In this document: positions 44,901-59,105 of the stretch, piece after piece
Layout of the letters: every line of letters starts with the position of its first letter
Numbering within the stretch: position 1 is the stretch's first letter
From: Amphiscolops sp. MND2022
Lineage: Eukaryota
Direction: 5' to 3'
Assembly (NCBI GenBank): GCA_964187785.1
Contig: OZ076411.1
Coordinates: 66,588,001 to 66,652,000, forward strand
DNA: 64,000 nucleotides
Notes under the pieces: generated by a model
Database searches by the model: none
The model's input: only the letters and a program-made list of their open reading frames with translations
What the model was told of the DNA's origin: nothing
Translations under genes and position numbers: made by a program

Positions 44901-47900
44901 TCATTTTTTAGTTTTTTGAATTTTTGACCCACTTACAATTTTTTGATTTCAAAATAATTTTGACAGAAAAATTCTCCCAAACATTTCGAATCTGACAATG
45001 TAATTTTTTCTCGAGAATATTCTAAATTGCATTAGTATGAGCTTGTTTCAAGTTGTTAAACTTCGAAATCGTACCTTAATACGTGTACACGTTTTTTCGA
45101 AAAGGTCTAATTTTACAGCGTATTTTTTCGAGGCTCTTTTTCCTTTTCCCCCACACTTTTTAAAGAAAACAAACTCAACATAAAAGATTATATTTGACTA
45201 TATCATTCAATATTTCTTCGAATAAATCTTTTCCTTTGTTTTGTTGTCTCCACACTGTTAGAGTAGTTTTCCGCTTGAACAAAACATTGTTCACACAATT
45301 TGACTAATTATGTTCGTATTGAGTGTTTATTGATGACTCAAAACAGGAAGCTGTTGATTTCTTCATCAAAAATGCGTAACTACATAGGGAAAAAGTGTGA
45401 ACAAAGTTTGTATCTCAATCCTAAACTATCACCTTGAGAATAAATTTAAAACTGAACTGTTTCATTGGAAACGCAATTGAGATATAATTAATTGCAAAAA
45501 CATCATCTTGAAAAGTGTGGGGGGGAAAAGGATAAAGTTCCTTTTTCGACTATTTTAGGATGATTTCTAAATCAAAACATATCTATCAAGGGCCTCAGTT
45601 AAATCAGAGGAGTCGATTGCACATAAAATTTCTCTAAAATTTCAAGGAAAAGTTGACTAAAAGTGAGAAAAACCTCAATTTTGACCTAAATTTGGTTTAA
45701 AATGGCATATCGTAACTTCTACAATTTTCATCGCATAACTTTCAAATAAACATATTTGTAAACTAGATAAAAATCTAAGAAACTTTCACTTTTATCATTT
45801 TTCAAAAATCGCTGCTGTTTTAGAGATATTCGATTTTGAGATTTGCATTTTGTTGCTTTTAGAAATATCACTACTGTAGTTTTTAAGAACAGAGGTAGTT
45901 TAAAATTCAACATTGTTTGCTAGACCTTTTAGCAACGAGAGGCAGTGGTTTTGATAATTGCTCAAGATGGCTTTGAAGAGCTCGTTGGTTTCAACATACA
46001 GTACTGTGATTAAGAAAACATCTATGCGCTGAGCCAATTAAAACTGCCTATTTGCTCTAACTTTCAATTTTCATTGGCGCATTAAGTGAAATCGCACGCG
46101 CAGAAAAAACACTTGTTATTTCCCAATTTTGGGCAAGATTCTGAATTTTTTCAAAAAATTTCAGTCCATCTGATTCTACAGATTGTCTAGAATTCAATGA
46201 TATATTTTTTGTTTCAAAGACATTCTAAATGAAATATTAATAGCACTTTTGCACCGCGAAAAAGTAATTTCCTATTTCAATCCATGCAAATCGACGAAAC
46301 TTTACCTTTTGATCATGATATTTCGAAAACAGTTGATCATTTCTGAAATCAAATCCATAGATCCAGATTCGTGGGAGTTAATTGAGCATAAAACTTGTAA
46401 AAAACTGCGGATAAAACTGTCAAATTTAAAAAACCGCAAAAAGTTCCATTTTGCACCAAATCAGCTATTTTAACTTCCTCAATTTTTGGCTCAGGAATTT
46501 TAAGAAATACTTGTGAAAACTAGATGAAATTCTAAGAAAAGAAACTTTCTGATGCTTTTCAAAATTTTCAACAAATTTCGAACTGTTTACTTGACAACTA
46601 ACTGCTTGTCAAAAGAATCGACTTTACTGGTGGCCAAAAAACGGGTTGGCTCCAGAAAAGGCATTTTTTAAAAAACTTCATTTCTCAATTTTTATTTGAA
46701 CGATATTTTTCGAGAAACTAAACATGATAACGTGAGAAAAAAAACATGAAAAAAGCGCAGAATTGGTTCACTTCGTTCAATCTACAGTTTAGGCTTCGGT
46801 TAAGCTGTATTGGAACGAAAATTCACAAAACAGTTTGGGGAAAAAGGATCTTTCAATTAGTCAAAAAATGGCACTTTTAGCTACTTTCATTTGAGGATTC
46901 CTCAAAAATTATCCTGAGATTCGGAAAACAGCTCCACTTAAACCAATCTGAGGATCGTAAAGAACAATTCGTCACAAGCGGCAATTCGCCCCATTTCGAA
47001 AAGGCGACAATTCGTCCCAATTATTAAAAGCTGCAATTCGTCCCCACTTTAATTGCCAGTTTATAACTTTGTAACAATGAATGCGGAAATATTAGATTTA
47101 GAAACATGTGTCAACAATTAACACCATTTAGTATGACCTCATTTTGGCAAACTGGATAATCTTTTTCAGTATTTCAAGACTAGAACGTAAAATGCAATAC
47201 TCAATCATTTCTAATTTTAGAACTATTTGTTCGATTTATTAATTTCAATCTTCAAAAGGTTGTTAACTAGCTGATCGATTAAACAATTTGGGACGAATTG
47301 TCGCTTTTTACAAATGGGACGAATTGTCGCCTTTTCAAAATGGGACGAACTGCCGCTTGGGACGAATTGTCGCTTTTTGTAATTTGGGACGAATTGTCGC
47401 GTGGGACGAATCATCGCTTGGGACGAATTTTCGCCCAACCTCTGAGGATAGCTAACTCAGGAATGACACCAAAACCAAAGAATTTCACTGCAAAAATATT
47501 GAAACCTTCAATAAATGTCAGAAAATTAATCATAGACTTAAGCATAATTTTTCAGGAAGAACTTCTATGAAAGTCAGAAAATTAGCTTTAGAGAAACAGA
47601 TTTTTCAAGAGTAGGAAGTTCTCAAAACTTTGATGGTAAAAAAATATGGCAAAAAGGTCGGCAAAAAGGAGGCAATTCTCCTTCGGAAAAGTCCCCGGTC
47701 GTGATAAACAAATGTTCATCAATTATTAGCTGACAGCTTGTGTAAGCATTTCAAATTTAGAACTGCTGTTCGGAGGGAAACGCATATAGTCATGTCCACA
47801 GCATGAAAGAAAAATCAAGGCATGAACGAACTTGACATCTCTTATTCTGGTTATAAATTCATGAACAGTGGTCATTGATTAATTTAGTCATGACTAAATA

Positions 47901-50834
47901 GTGACATCTCAGTACAAAGAAACTTACATGAAAAATATAGTTATAACTATATTTTTCATGTAAGTTTCTTTGTACTGAGATATCACTATTTGGACGGGTT
48001 GAAATGAGCTCACTGGGAAGTTTATTGTCATCTCAATCCAACCAAGTCAAATAGTGAATCAACACCTGAACCTCCCATGGCGCATTTTTTAGCTCTCTTC
48101 AGATGAAATGAATAATTAGCGGCGACGGCTCCAGTCGTCAGTTACAAGACAATTCCTTTCAGATTATCTGGGAGAGTGGAGCTGGGGGGGGGGGTTGGTG
48201 GCTTGGGAGATGAGGGATGGGTAGGTTTTGTTGTTAAACAACAGACTCCAAAAAAAACGGAGCTTTTTCGAATATATGGTGACCTCACTTGCATCTGATC
48301 AAGAGTCAAGCAAAAAATTGAATGTTTTAAGTAAGGGCTTCAGAAAGATGAGTGAAATTAGCATTGATTAGAATTTACATTAACATTTTCGATAGAGGTA
48401 GATCCTAAAATGAATACCAAATTTGTAATTATTTCTGTAACTTGAATTAAACTTGAATGTCAATTAGACTTGAATTAAACGGAACAAAAACTGCCTCAGC
48501 CAATCAAATTCCAGAGAATTGGGCGGACCGGAACGAAAGCATCAGATGAAACTTCCATCAAGAAATGAAAGAAAACTCGCGGTATTTGCAAAAAGGCAAA
48601 ATTCTCGGGAATTTCGCGGAATTCACACCCGCGAATCAGCCCATCCCTGATTCGGTTGTGCCGACATGTATGGGTCGAAGATAAAAAGAACTTGCTGTAT
48701 CTTGTTTGCAATTGTATATTTTGTGGGGAAGCTAAACTATTTAAATATTGCTCGAAACGGAAGATAATTGTAAGCTTTACGAACACATTAAATAATATTT
48801 ATTATCTTAACTCATGATTCCAATTGAACGCTCAATGTACGTTTGTCTCAGAATATATACAATATGTATACCTTGAAAAAACGGGTTTTAAAAAATTATA
48901 ATCCTGATTGAATCTTTTAGTCGAACATCTTTGATTTGATAGTATTTTTTAAACATATATATTTTTTTCACTACCCAGTGCATCATTTATGAAATTTCTC
49001 TGAAAACTTCTACTTATAAGTTTTATAAATTTCATATGGATGGTAATAGTCATTTTTTGAGTAATCGCAGTAAATGTGAAATAATGATTTCAAGAATGAG
49101 TGAACGTGGTTGATCAGTTGCGAATAAATAATTGGCAGACACTCGAAAGGAGTGTTTGATTGATGAATCCAGTGAAGATGGCTGATAATCGCCCAGAAAT
49201 TTGAAGATGACTGAAGTATTTCATTTCCATAAATAGTTTGAGTTGTTTGGAGCAACGGAGAAGTCAAATAATTCAGATAATTTCCAAAACAAATAGAAAT
49301 TGGAGGTGGCCAAATAATCAAGGCATTAGCAAACAAAATGATCTTCGAATTTTCTAACAATCTTTTAATTCACGATATGCGAATATGCGTTCTCGTTACT
49401 TTCTCCGCAACAGACTTACTTTCTTTAAAACAGCGTAGTCAACTGTAGAATAGTAAGTTGAGCCATATTAGGCCCGGAAATATAAGGTCAAGAGAAAACA
49501 TTTTTTCAGTTGACGATGCTTCAGTAAACTGGTCATTTGCCGCAGCTGCAAATTTTTCGGAGTTGTGGTAAAAAACATTTGAATCAAATTCGAGACCATT
49601 CTTAAGTTTCCGGAAAACTGATCAATGATCATTAATTTTAAAAACTAAAACATGAACATGTTAAACATCTTGTTTTACACTGTCAAAAATCAAAAATGTG
49701 TCAAGGGCGATCGCTGTGATCAAAAAAGAACGACTAACGTTTTGCGCACTTTCGACGGTCGGTTCAACCTTGAGTTTTTCCAATTCGGGATTGTAGGCGC
49801 TGAAGAAAGGCATCTCTAAGAAGAGCATACAATACTCTCCTCTTTTTGTGACACTACCTCCTTTCATCAAATTTAGTTGTAAGCATCCTCTGAATATTAT
49901 GGTTTGGCTGCAAAAACAAAGCAATAAGGTACTTTCCACATTATTTTTTTCAAAAAAACTGCCAAATTGGGCTAAATCCTCCACATACATAGTACATCAA
50001 ACAAAATTCCAAGATCATATTGGTCTGTGCAATGCGGAGGAATTAGTCAATCTGGGCTTGAAAATAAAAAGTTCTTACGCTTTCTGGAGTGCGATTATTT
50101 CGCCGCCTGTGAGTGTTCCGATTTGGTCATCCCATAAGGAAAGGGTCATTGATCCTGTTCGGTCGGCTATTCTGAAGTTTTTTATTAAATTGCCATCTTT
50201 TGTTGTCACAGTTTGTTCTAAAAGTTTCAAAAACCTTTCAACTTAGAGGAAATTTGTGTTGAAAAAGATGTGAATAACAGATGAAAATGAATGCTGCTTG
50301 AAATCTCAGCATGATTGAAAGGGTGAAGTTCACAACTTGAATTATTGCAAGAGGAACATTACACTAGCTTCATCTCGAAAAGTGGGTTTGAGTAGTCAAA
50401 ATACCAAAAAAACGACTGACTCTATGGTTTAGGATTCACTCAATTAGAATGAATTCATAAATTTCAAGTAAATTCAAAATGTAGACATGCAAACTGGTGT
50501 TTCGTGCTTTAAGCCAGGTAGTTCTCGAGCCTTTCAATCATTCAAGGAATCGAGACAAATTAAGAGCATCGATGTCATATATCTCATGAGCAATGAGTAA
50601 TCTTTTAAAATGTTAAAAGAATGCCAAGATTCATATTGCATCTTGTTTAGTTTCTCTGATTTTTTTACCATAAGCTTCGCTTTAACCAGCAAGCTCGATT
50701 AACTTCAAGCAGCATTTTGTATTATTTATTATCTTACCGTTTTCCAAAACGATGCAATTTATATTCAAGTTTCTATCTCCAACTTTCACCTCTCTAAGAA
50801 CTACCGAATTTTGTTCTATCAAACTCGAGCTCAT
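38987..50834 (-). CDS. NABP1/2-like: SOSS complex subunit B / hSSB1-like single-stranded DNA-binding protein (OB-fold plus long Asn/His/Ser-rich tail)
   Basis: In-phase GT-AG exons 50834-50738, 50217-50079, 49907-49739 and probably 39643-38987. They give MSSSLIEQNSVVLREVKVGDRNLNINCIVLENEQTVTTKDGNLIKNFRIADRTGSMTLSLWDDQIGTLTGGEIIALQKAQTIIFRGCLQLNLMKGGSVTKRGEYCMLFLEMPFFS, which follows the hSSB1 OB-fold motif by motif. Linking the last exon is inferred from phase. Confidence 0.88.
41940..42480 (+). mobile_element. BEL/Pao integrase C-terminal remnant with PPT and LTR start (about 42449), inside the NABP intron
   Basis: KEYAPAL...QLKTGDPVWIVEAISPRGYYPLTRAVKLNFGSDAVALSAEVRTT...VVKLTPV, then ccgggggaTGTTGC. 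Confidence 0.75.
46960..47440. mobile_element. Foldback/MITE-like element with inverted arrays of tgggacgaattgtcgc
   Basis: About 4 copies of gcgacaattcgtccca-like units at 46965-47045 and about 7 copies of the reverse complement at 47287-47432. Confidence 0.75.
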
Positions 50835-51374
50835 CGTTTTCAGATTTTTCTCGATTCGATTTCCTTATCTGGAAATCTGCGAGATTTCTGATTCTACTTT
50901 TGAAGCCCTGATTAGTGAAATGCGTGATGTTCTTCTGGAACACTTCGGGTGGATAGCAAATAAGTTGCCTAGAAATGACGGAGTGACTAGTCGAATGTAC
51001 GTTTTTAGTTGTTCAATACTGAACGCTGCTTAGCTAGTTGCTTACACTCTATATGAACGAACACAGTGAAGAAATGAATTCTCAAAATGAGTAATATTTT
51101 ACGCAATCTGATTGGCTGATTCAAGAATTTCAACAGTAAACACATGCCAACAAATCGAAATTTTGAAAACTTTCCGTTCGATGATATTTCTACTATATAG
51201 CTATTACAATGTCCCTACTTTGAGCATCGAGGTGCCTCGCAATCAAACTAGCATGTTCAATACAGCTCTGGAAGTTGTTCGAAGAGCTGGGGAGATGTTG
51301 AAACCCGATGTTGAAACTAGCAATACGAAAAGACCCAAAAAAGTACCGGATAAGTGGCAATAATATTCAGGGTA

Positions 51375-52145
51375 AAAAGTTCGGCGGGCGGGAATAACGT
51401 CTAATTTAAAAACGGGAATAACATCTAAATTCAAATCATTTTTGGGGAATAACGTCTAAAGGTTTAAACGTTATTCCCGTTTTTTAGACGTTATTCCCGA
51501 AAGTGAACACCTCTATAAATTGATTTAAAAATTTTCTGAATATTAATTATTAAACAAAATCGGGAATAGCTGAAAGAATACTATCTAAAGTCGCAAAATT
51601 GGTTAGAGCAGCCTCATCCATGTCAATTGGAGTGATTGGATTAGTTTAGAATTTATTCCTTTAGATACTATAATGCTTTAACATATTATGCTTTCCCCAC
51701 CTAATGAGCATATCCTGTGTATGCACGCTCGCCCTCTCCGTTTCGCGATCTCCGTTCCCGCTAGGTCTTAGCTCCTGTTCCACCTCGCTTAGTAAGATTT
51801 TGCATAAGCGGCTGGATCTCGAGTGGCTGGAATTTTTCCAGATTTCAGACGTTATTCCCGTTTTTATGAATTTTGGATATTTTGGACGTTTTTCCGATTT
51901 TAGACACCCTGATTTTAGACGTTATTCCACTTTTTAGACGTTATTCCACTTTTTAGAGGTTATTCCACTTTTTAGACGTTATTCCACTTTTTAGACGTTA
52001 TTCCACTTTTTAGACGTTATTCCTGAATTTTTAGACGTTATTTCCGAATTTTTAGACGTCATTCCTCTTTTCAGTTTAGATGTTATTTCTTTAAACGTTA
52101 TTCCCGGTGGACCTTTAAACGTTATTCCTTAGACGTTATTCCCTC
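51375..52145. mobile_element. Foldback/MITE-like element with inverted arrays of ggaataacgtctaa / ttagacgttattcc (19-bp tandem at 51910-52060)
   Basis: Left copies at 51390-51460 face more than 10 reverse-complement copies at 51470-52143. Confidence 0.75.
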
Positions 52146-52713
52146 CTCTAAAAAAGTTCTTAGTCTCAAAAATACTTGGACAAATGAGACCCCTTGGTAC
52201 CATAAGCTTGGAAAGCGAATTGTCGGTGAAACCGTCACCGGCTTAGCACCTACTGGAAATATTGTTCATCACTTTCAGGTCTAAAGAAGTATTAAAATTT
52301 GAGTTTTATAACGTCTTTGTTGCTTGGAAAATTGTTTTTGAAACCATGAAAACCATGTAAATTTTCAAGTGTTCAGTGCTAAAAAATTTAGTCACTTACG
52401 TCGAGTTTGATCAGTTTTCTTGATTGGCAAAATAACTTTATTGTTCTACTTTTTAGATCTGGCGAGCAGGAATGATGTGCGTCCCTATTTAGATCGTTCA
52501 GTACTTTGATTTTGAATGTTTTTCAACGCAGTTTTCTACAGTTTCTCTAATTTTTTTTTGCATCGTCAATTGCAATGATTGAATTGCTCAGGATATTCAT
52601 GTACAACTAAAAAGCCGCTATGTCACTTCTCAATCTCATCGAACAACATGCCACATTTCTCGACTCTTGTGATAGTCGAAGCTCTGTGTAGTGAGGAAAG
52701 TATCCTGTTTCAG

Positions 52714-55700
52714 GTTTTCTGTATGAGTTTGTTTCACTGAAAGCAAGCAATGGACAACGGACTGAGAAATGAGAAAGCTTTGAATGAGACAGAAAATCCC
52801 GTTGAATGTCTTTGTGACCCAGTTACTTGTCGAGATATTCAGCATTGCTTTGCTGCTGAACAGTGTTATTATGCTGTTGGTGAGTCAGATTATATTCTGC
52901 CTTTTTTTGCTTTCCTTTCGGCGAATAAAATTTTTTGGCCCATGCCAAAGAGAAAGGCATGTCTGGTTAGTATTGATGTTGCATTTACGCTGCGAGTTGC
53001 AATAAAGTTTTGAAAACCTCGTCAAGTGGAGGACTAAGTTATGGAACATACTACTAAATAACAAATTTGATGTTCGTCTGTTTTACAATTGAAGGAGAGC
53101 CTCGCTCAGAATTACTCCCTCAGAAATGCGAAACTGCTATTTGCATACAAATTATTTCATGCCATTTATGAATCGTCCAATTTTGGGATATTTGTTCCAT
53201 CTGAATGAGGAAAAGTTATTCAAATTCTTTCTTAGCTACACGTCGCTTTTTTTTAATACGGAGCGCCTGTTTTTGCGATCTTCATCTTCATGTATTGTGT
53301 AAGCTTTTGAAAAAACTTCGGTATAGAATAGTTGTGCTTTTTAGTTGTGGAGCATAATCACCTAGCCCATAAGATGGGGTGCATATCTGTGGATTCTCCG
53401 TTGCAATGTAACACTCCTCCCACACGAAACATAGCAATTTCATGTTGTAATGATTACGATGGCTGTAATGGAAACTTGCAGCCACAGATTCTCGGAGGTT
53501 AGTTGGCACTGATAATCTGTTCGTAAGAGTAGTAAATCAGGCTCAATCGTGAATAGAAATTTAGGTTATCGCTTTCAAATGTTGTTTTTGATTTCTGCTT
53601 GTTTCGAGAACCCGAAATTATTGTATGAACTGAAAACTCTGCTCTTTCAATTTGGAGATGTCTTTTGCTGAAATCAAGAAAAAAATGGATTATAATTTCG
53701 AGTTGAAATTTTTTTCTGATGCAGATTTGGAAAATAGTCGTTAGGCATTGACAGGCGATTGCTTGCCCAAACATAGTATAACGAGTGGAACTTCTCGAAA
53801 TTTCGCCCGAAATTAGCTGGAAATGTTCAACGTTGTCTGTAAATGTCTGGATAGAAAGATTTGTCAGTTTTCATGTGTGGAAAAGTTAAAGAATGGAAAA
53901 GGTTTATATTTTCCCCAATCGCACGCCAAAACGTAGAAACCCAAATATTTTGAATTACATTGTGAATTAACCATTTCGCTTATTGACAACTAACTTCAAA
54001 CTAGCTTTTAGGAATTATCACTTAATAGCAAATCACTTAACTTTTTCTCCGGTCCCATCGAGTTATTTAGTAAGTTTTACAGTAATTCGTTCAAACAACA
54101 TGATAGATCAGCAGTGTGTCAAAGTTGAGTTTTCTGATAATTTAAGTTTAATGGTGATAAAGTTTGGCGTTTGGTTCAGGAAACGACAACTTTCGGAGAG
54201 AAGTTGACAAAGACTCGAGTATATTGCCACTTGTGCTTTCCGTTGTGATACCCTTGATAATCGGAGTGTCGTTTCTCTTACTGCTTCTGTTTCTATATCG
54301 TTTCTACAAGAGACATCTGTGGAAATCGCCCAAGTATGAACGGGCCGCAGCTCCTTCCGAGGTCACCACTGACAAAACAGTCACCAACAAGCTTCTTCTG
54401 TCTCATCCCAACCAAATGCTTGACCCTTCTCTGTCTCCAGTCACTCCTGGTGACAGTACTTTACAGGTAAGAATGACGTCATTCTCGTCTTAGTTTGAGT
54501 TGTTTTTCCTTTTCCTTGTGAATAATAAATTAGAGAAGGGAGTGTGTCAAACCATAATTCGGTTCGATACTAACAAGTCTTTGTTGTGCCCATATGTCTG
54601 GTGATGAGGCGTCTGTGTAAAAGTTTTTGTTGCTGATTTTGAAGATACGTTTTTGGAAACTTCATTCTGTTTTTGTGAAACCAACCAAGTGAGTTGAAAT
54701 CATTGTAGCAAAAGTACAAGAATACTTTTTTCATGGGCAAATATCAAGAACGAGTCTTGTGACATATGTTTACCTACAGTTCGCATGGGCCTATAGTTGT
54801 CATTGTTTATGAATTGTTTGTAGGATTTGCTTGGTCAGTCATACAGCTCTGGTAGCGGCAGTGGGTTGCCTTTCTTGGTACAGCGCACAGTAGCTCGTCA
54901 AATCACCCTTATGAGCAGGGTGGGCACTGGCAGATATGGAGAAGTGTGGAAGGGCAGTTGGCAGGGCGAAATGGTGGCTGTCAAAATATTCTCTTCCAGA
55001 GACGAACAGTCTTGGTTCAGAGAAACTGAAATATACAACACTGTTTTATTGCGACATGAAAACATTCTGGGCTTCGTAGCCAGCGACATGATATCGCGCA
55101 ATTCCTGGACTCAGATGTGGCTCATTACCCATTATCATGACTATGGGTCTCTGTACGACTACCTCAACAACTACACTGTCGACAGAGACTTGCTTCTGAG
55201 GTTCGCCCAGTCCATTGCAAATGGGTTGGTGCACCTGCACGTTGAGATATCCGGTACCCAAGGCAAGCCGGCCATCGCTCATAGAGATCTGAAGACAAGG
55301 AACATTCTGGTGAAGAGGAATTTGTCCTGTTGCATCGGTGATTTGGGATTGGCTGTCACCCACAGACGAGACACCAATATGGTAGATAGAGGCCAAAATA
55401 CCAAAGTGAGCTCCCGCGTCATCCCTCCTTATTCAACTGTTTCATTCGTGTACAGACAAAAGCGCCCATTTTATACAGTCATAAGCGCCCAAATATAAAA
55501 TGCCTCGCTAATTTTCGATCTAATTTACAAAATTAAATGTGTATAGATCTAATATAAAATTTCACTTGTATTGCCAGGTTTGACATTTCCACACCCAACC
55601 AAATTCAATTGAAAACAACCAAAGTTCCTAATTTCGACATTTCTGAACAAATTATATTAATTTTCTAATGAACTTAAAGTTGATGTAAAAGATTCAGCAA

Positions 55701-57329
55701 ATTCTCTGCAGTCTTTGATTGTGGCGCTTTTGTCTGGTAACCGTTTCACTACACAGCCTGAAAATTCCATCTAGTTTTTTAAATCTTGTTTTCAAACCAC
55801 CTGTTTTTCCAACTTTCGTGATTTTTCTCCACGCTTTAAAACGTTTGTTGCATTTGCTTTAAATTGCTTAGTCGAAGTTTTATACAAAGGAAATTCGTTT
55901 TTTTCGATATATTGTTTCGTTACACAAAAATTACAATGCTTTTGTTAACCATGATAAAATTTTTGAATTATATTGAAAAATTCAAATTATTCGAATTACT
56001 CATGAATTATTCGGAATCAAACTTGAAAGTATGAATTTACTATATTTGCAAGTTCAACTCCGCCTTAGCTCAAAAAGTACCTCAATGTGAACTTTTCTTC
56101 AGCCAAATGATGTTTTTTTTGAGGTTTTCCATTAAATTAGAATTCAAAAAGTAGGTTGTTTACATCTCAACTAGGGAGCTATTCCTCCCAAATCGACTAA
56201 AAGTTTTCCAAGACAACCTAGTTAATTGAGAACTTGGTATATGATGACGCGTTGGAATTTTATTGAATTTAATCATCGAATAGTTCGTGAATAATTCAGG
56301 CATGATTTGTTCCCTAAAACAGAATTCTTGTTGTTAACAGAATCAATGTTGTTGTTTAAAAGGTCGGCACCAAGAGATACATGGCACCTGAGATTCTTGA
56401 CGACAGACTGAACGTGGATTCATTCGAGGAGTTCAAGCAGGCAGATGTTTATGCTCTGGGCCTGGTGTTCTGGGAGATCACCCGCAGATGCGAGAGTGTG
56501 CCCGGGGCTCGAGTAGTGGAGTACCAGCCTCCGTTCTACGACCTCGTGCCCAGCGACCCCTCCTTTGACGAGATGAAGAGTGTCGTCTGCACAAACAAGT
56601 ACAGACCATCCATCCCCGCTTGCTGGATCAACGATCGAGTAAGAAGACTCTTTCTCACTTAATAATATCTAAACTAACTAATGAAATTACATAGTTAGCT
56701 TTCTGTCACAAGAAATTATGAAGTCAGAAGTTATGATATTGGCTGTATAATACCATCTCTTTGCTTTTATATGTACTAGTTTCGGCATCTAACCACGAAC
56801 ACGAAACAAAAGCTCATGATTAAAAATTGAGAGTAATGTGGCCTATTCAATAAACTCGATGACTTTTCAATTGGACGCCCAATTCTCTTGGATCACCAAA
56901 TGAGACTTGCTATGTTTAACAATTGCTTAGGAATGATGTAGTCAACTCAGCTTAATTTGTATCCGTATAATTGGGGTCTTCGTTTAATTCGTATGTATAT
57001 TAAACCCTCATTTCGCGAGGACCAAAATAATATCCGGTTAATTCGTATTTCTCCCTACTCATACTATTTTTTTTCGGTCCCTGGATTCAAATTAGGCGTA
57101 TTCAACTGTACTAGAATAGTTTTTCTCGTTTTTGGTCTGGTAATTGCTTGTATTGGATCCCTGATTGTAACCGGACCTGTTTCAGATTCTAACCCAGATG
57201 GGGCGCATAATGAGCGAGTGCTGGTATGAGAACGGTTCCGCCAGACTCACTTCGCTTAGAGTGAAGAAGTCTCTTCAAAGCATACCCCCTGTGTGTCCTG
57301 AACTCAAGATGAAGTTGGACCTCATCTGA
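52714..57329 (+). CDS. ACVR1/ACVRL1-like: TGF-beta family type I receptor kinase, ALK1/ALK2 (ACVR1/saxophone) class
   Basis: Exons about 52714-52879 (ECLCDPVTC...CYYAV), 53345-53497 (Cys box CCNDYDGCN), 54180-54466 (TM), 54824-55405 (GS box [19 protein letters not shown], kinase, L45 loop [11 protein letters not shown]), 56363-56638 ([10 protein letters not shown]) and 57186-57329 ([18 protein letters not shown]). Phases are consistent from the Cys-rich exons onward. The start exon was not found. Confidence 0.95.
55453..55736. mobile_element. Intronic MITE (about 284 bp); a related end lies near 44050-44100
   Basis: 14-bp TIR cagacaaaagcgcc (55453-55466) and ggcgcttttgtctg (55723-55736). Confidence 0.6.
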
Positions 57330-59105
57330 CCTGTCCTGACCCGAAAGTTTCTCTAATATATTCTCCTTAACCTCCAATCGACTCTATAGATAATAGAACA
57401 AACCACAGATGGTTGCCATATCTCACTTTCATTGCATTATAGCGTGGACAAATTGCGAATGTTATGAAACACAGGAAGATTTCTAAGTTTTTGGAGATGC
57501 CGAAAATTGATATTTTCCACTGATTTCAAGACATCTGAGTTTGAATTTCCTATTTTTGAGCAATGGATTGCTTTATTTTTGAAGATCATCGTCGTCATGC
57601 TTTTCGACTCCTTTGAATTGACTTGCACAAGAATGTCGAATTTTATTTAATATTTTTAAATTGCATCTTGTTGATTGATATGAGCCATCTCTGGTAGCTA
57701 CATGCACAGATCCCCCTTGTGCTAATCAAAACTCTTCTACATTGGGTGGTAGTGTTCATTCTTCCATCAAACCTCAAATTATTTAGTTAGATGATGTAAA
57801 AACTATAAATTCAATACCCATAGTAAATTAATACCACCACGGTTTTCTCAAATTTTGTTCAAATTATTATCTTAGTATGTGTCTTAGACATGCCTTCACA
57901 TTTGTATTGAAGCTTCGTAACTTGTTTTTAGCTGAATTTATCTCCCGAATTAGACCTGGCAGTTACAATGCGTCAATGAAATTCCCTAAAACTGCTGGAG
58001 AAATTGAGACTATCAATTTCCAAGAATTTTATCCAATTTCTCCTATTTTTGTGCTGATATATCCATCTAGCAGTTTTAATATAAAATTATTCATTAAAGT
58101 TAGTGCCATCTATATGAATAAGCATTCACGATTGAGTTTTCTCGTGTATATTGAATGAGTGAAGTTTGAGACCAATTACTCCTGACAATTAAACTGGTGT
58201 TTATGGAAATCTCTATTCTTGCTTCGTTTGTAGTTTGAATTCTTTCCGGTAGTTAGTTGATGTCAATATTTTTATCATTTTGTATTTTAATATACTAATA
58301 ATGACAAATGTGTTCTCTTCCCGTCATGTGGCGGGCCGGCGGCTGGCTAATTATATCCTCCCAACTTCTTATTTTTGCCTTCAGTTGCTATTATTTCTGA
58401 CTTGAAAATATCTTTATTGACTTGGATTCTAATTAATACAAAGTGGAATTAATTTTGTGCCAACTTTTAAACACTTTTTCCCCCACTTCTATGAATTCTA
58501 GGCAACATTCATTCATGAATCAAATAGGTATCGCTGATGAACTAGTTAGTGTTTCGTGAAACGTGAGCACTTGGCTGGTTAAGTTAGAGGAATGCTGTAA
58601 AAGTTGTCCGGGGTAAGCAGTTTTTCTGTTGAAATTAGAGTAATTCTGTGGTCTTGAGAAACAAACAAGCCGGGAACGGCCAAAGTCGGCGCCATATCTA
58701 GGGCTCAATAAGACTCGAAAATCACTTTTTCTACAACTGGAGACAACAAAAGCTCTCAAAAAACTAAAAATTGAGGAAAAAGTCTCCGGTAAGTCGCATA
58801 GAGCCGAAAAATGTAAGAGGGGCCCTTTGGGATTTTTTTAACATCCATTCTGCCTCACAGTGCCGAAATACGGGGAAGTCTCATAAGTGCCGAAAAAAGT
58901 GGAAAGGGGGACCTGCTTTGGAATGGCTTTTTATCTCATGTTGGAGGCTTTGGATGCGTTGAAAATGAAGTACTAAGTACATACTTCATAAAAAATGGAC
59001 CAATCGCGTTGAACTGACGAAAAAAACCGGCCACTGTAAGCGTCAGGGTTTTCTTCGAAAACGCCGACTAAAAACATCGTAAAACTTAGCCCGCATAATT
59101 ATCAC

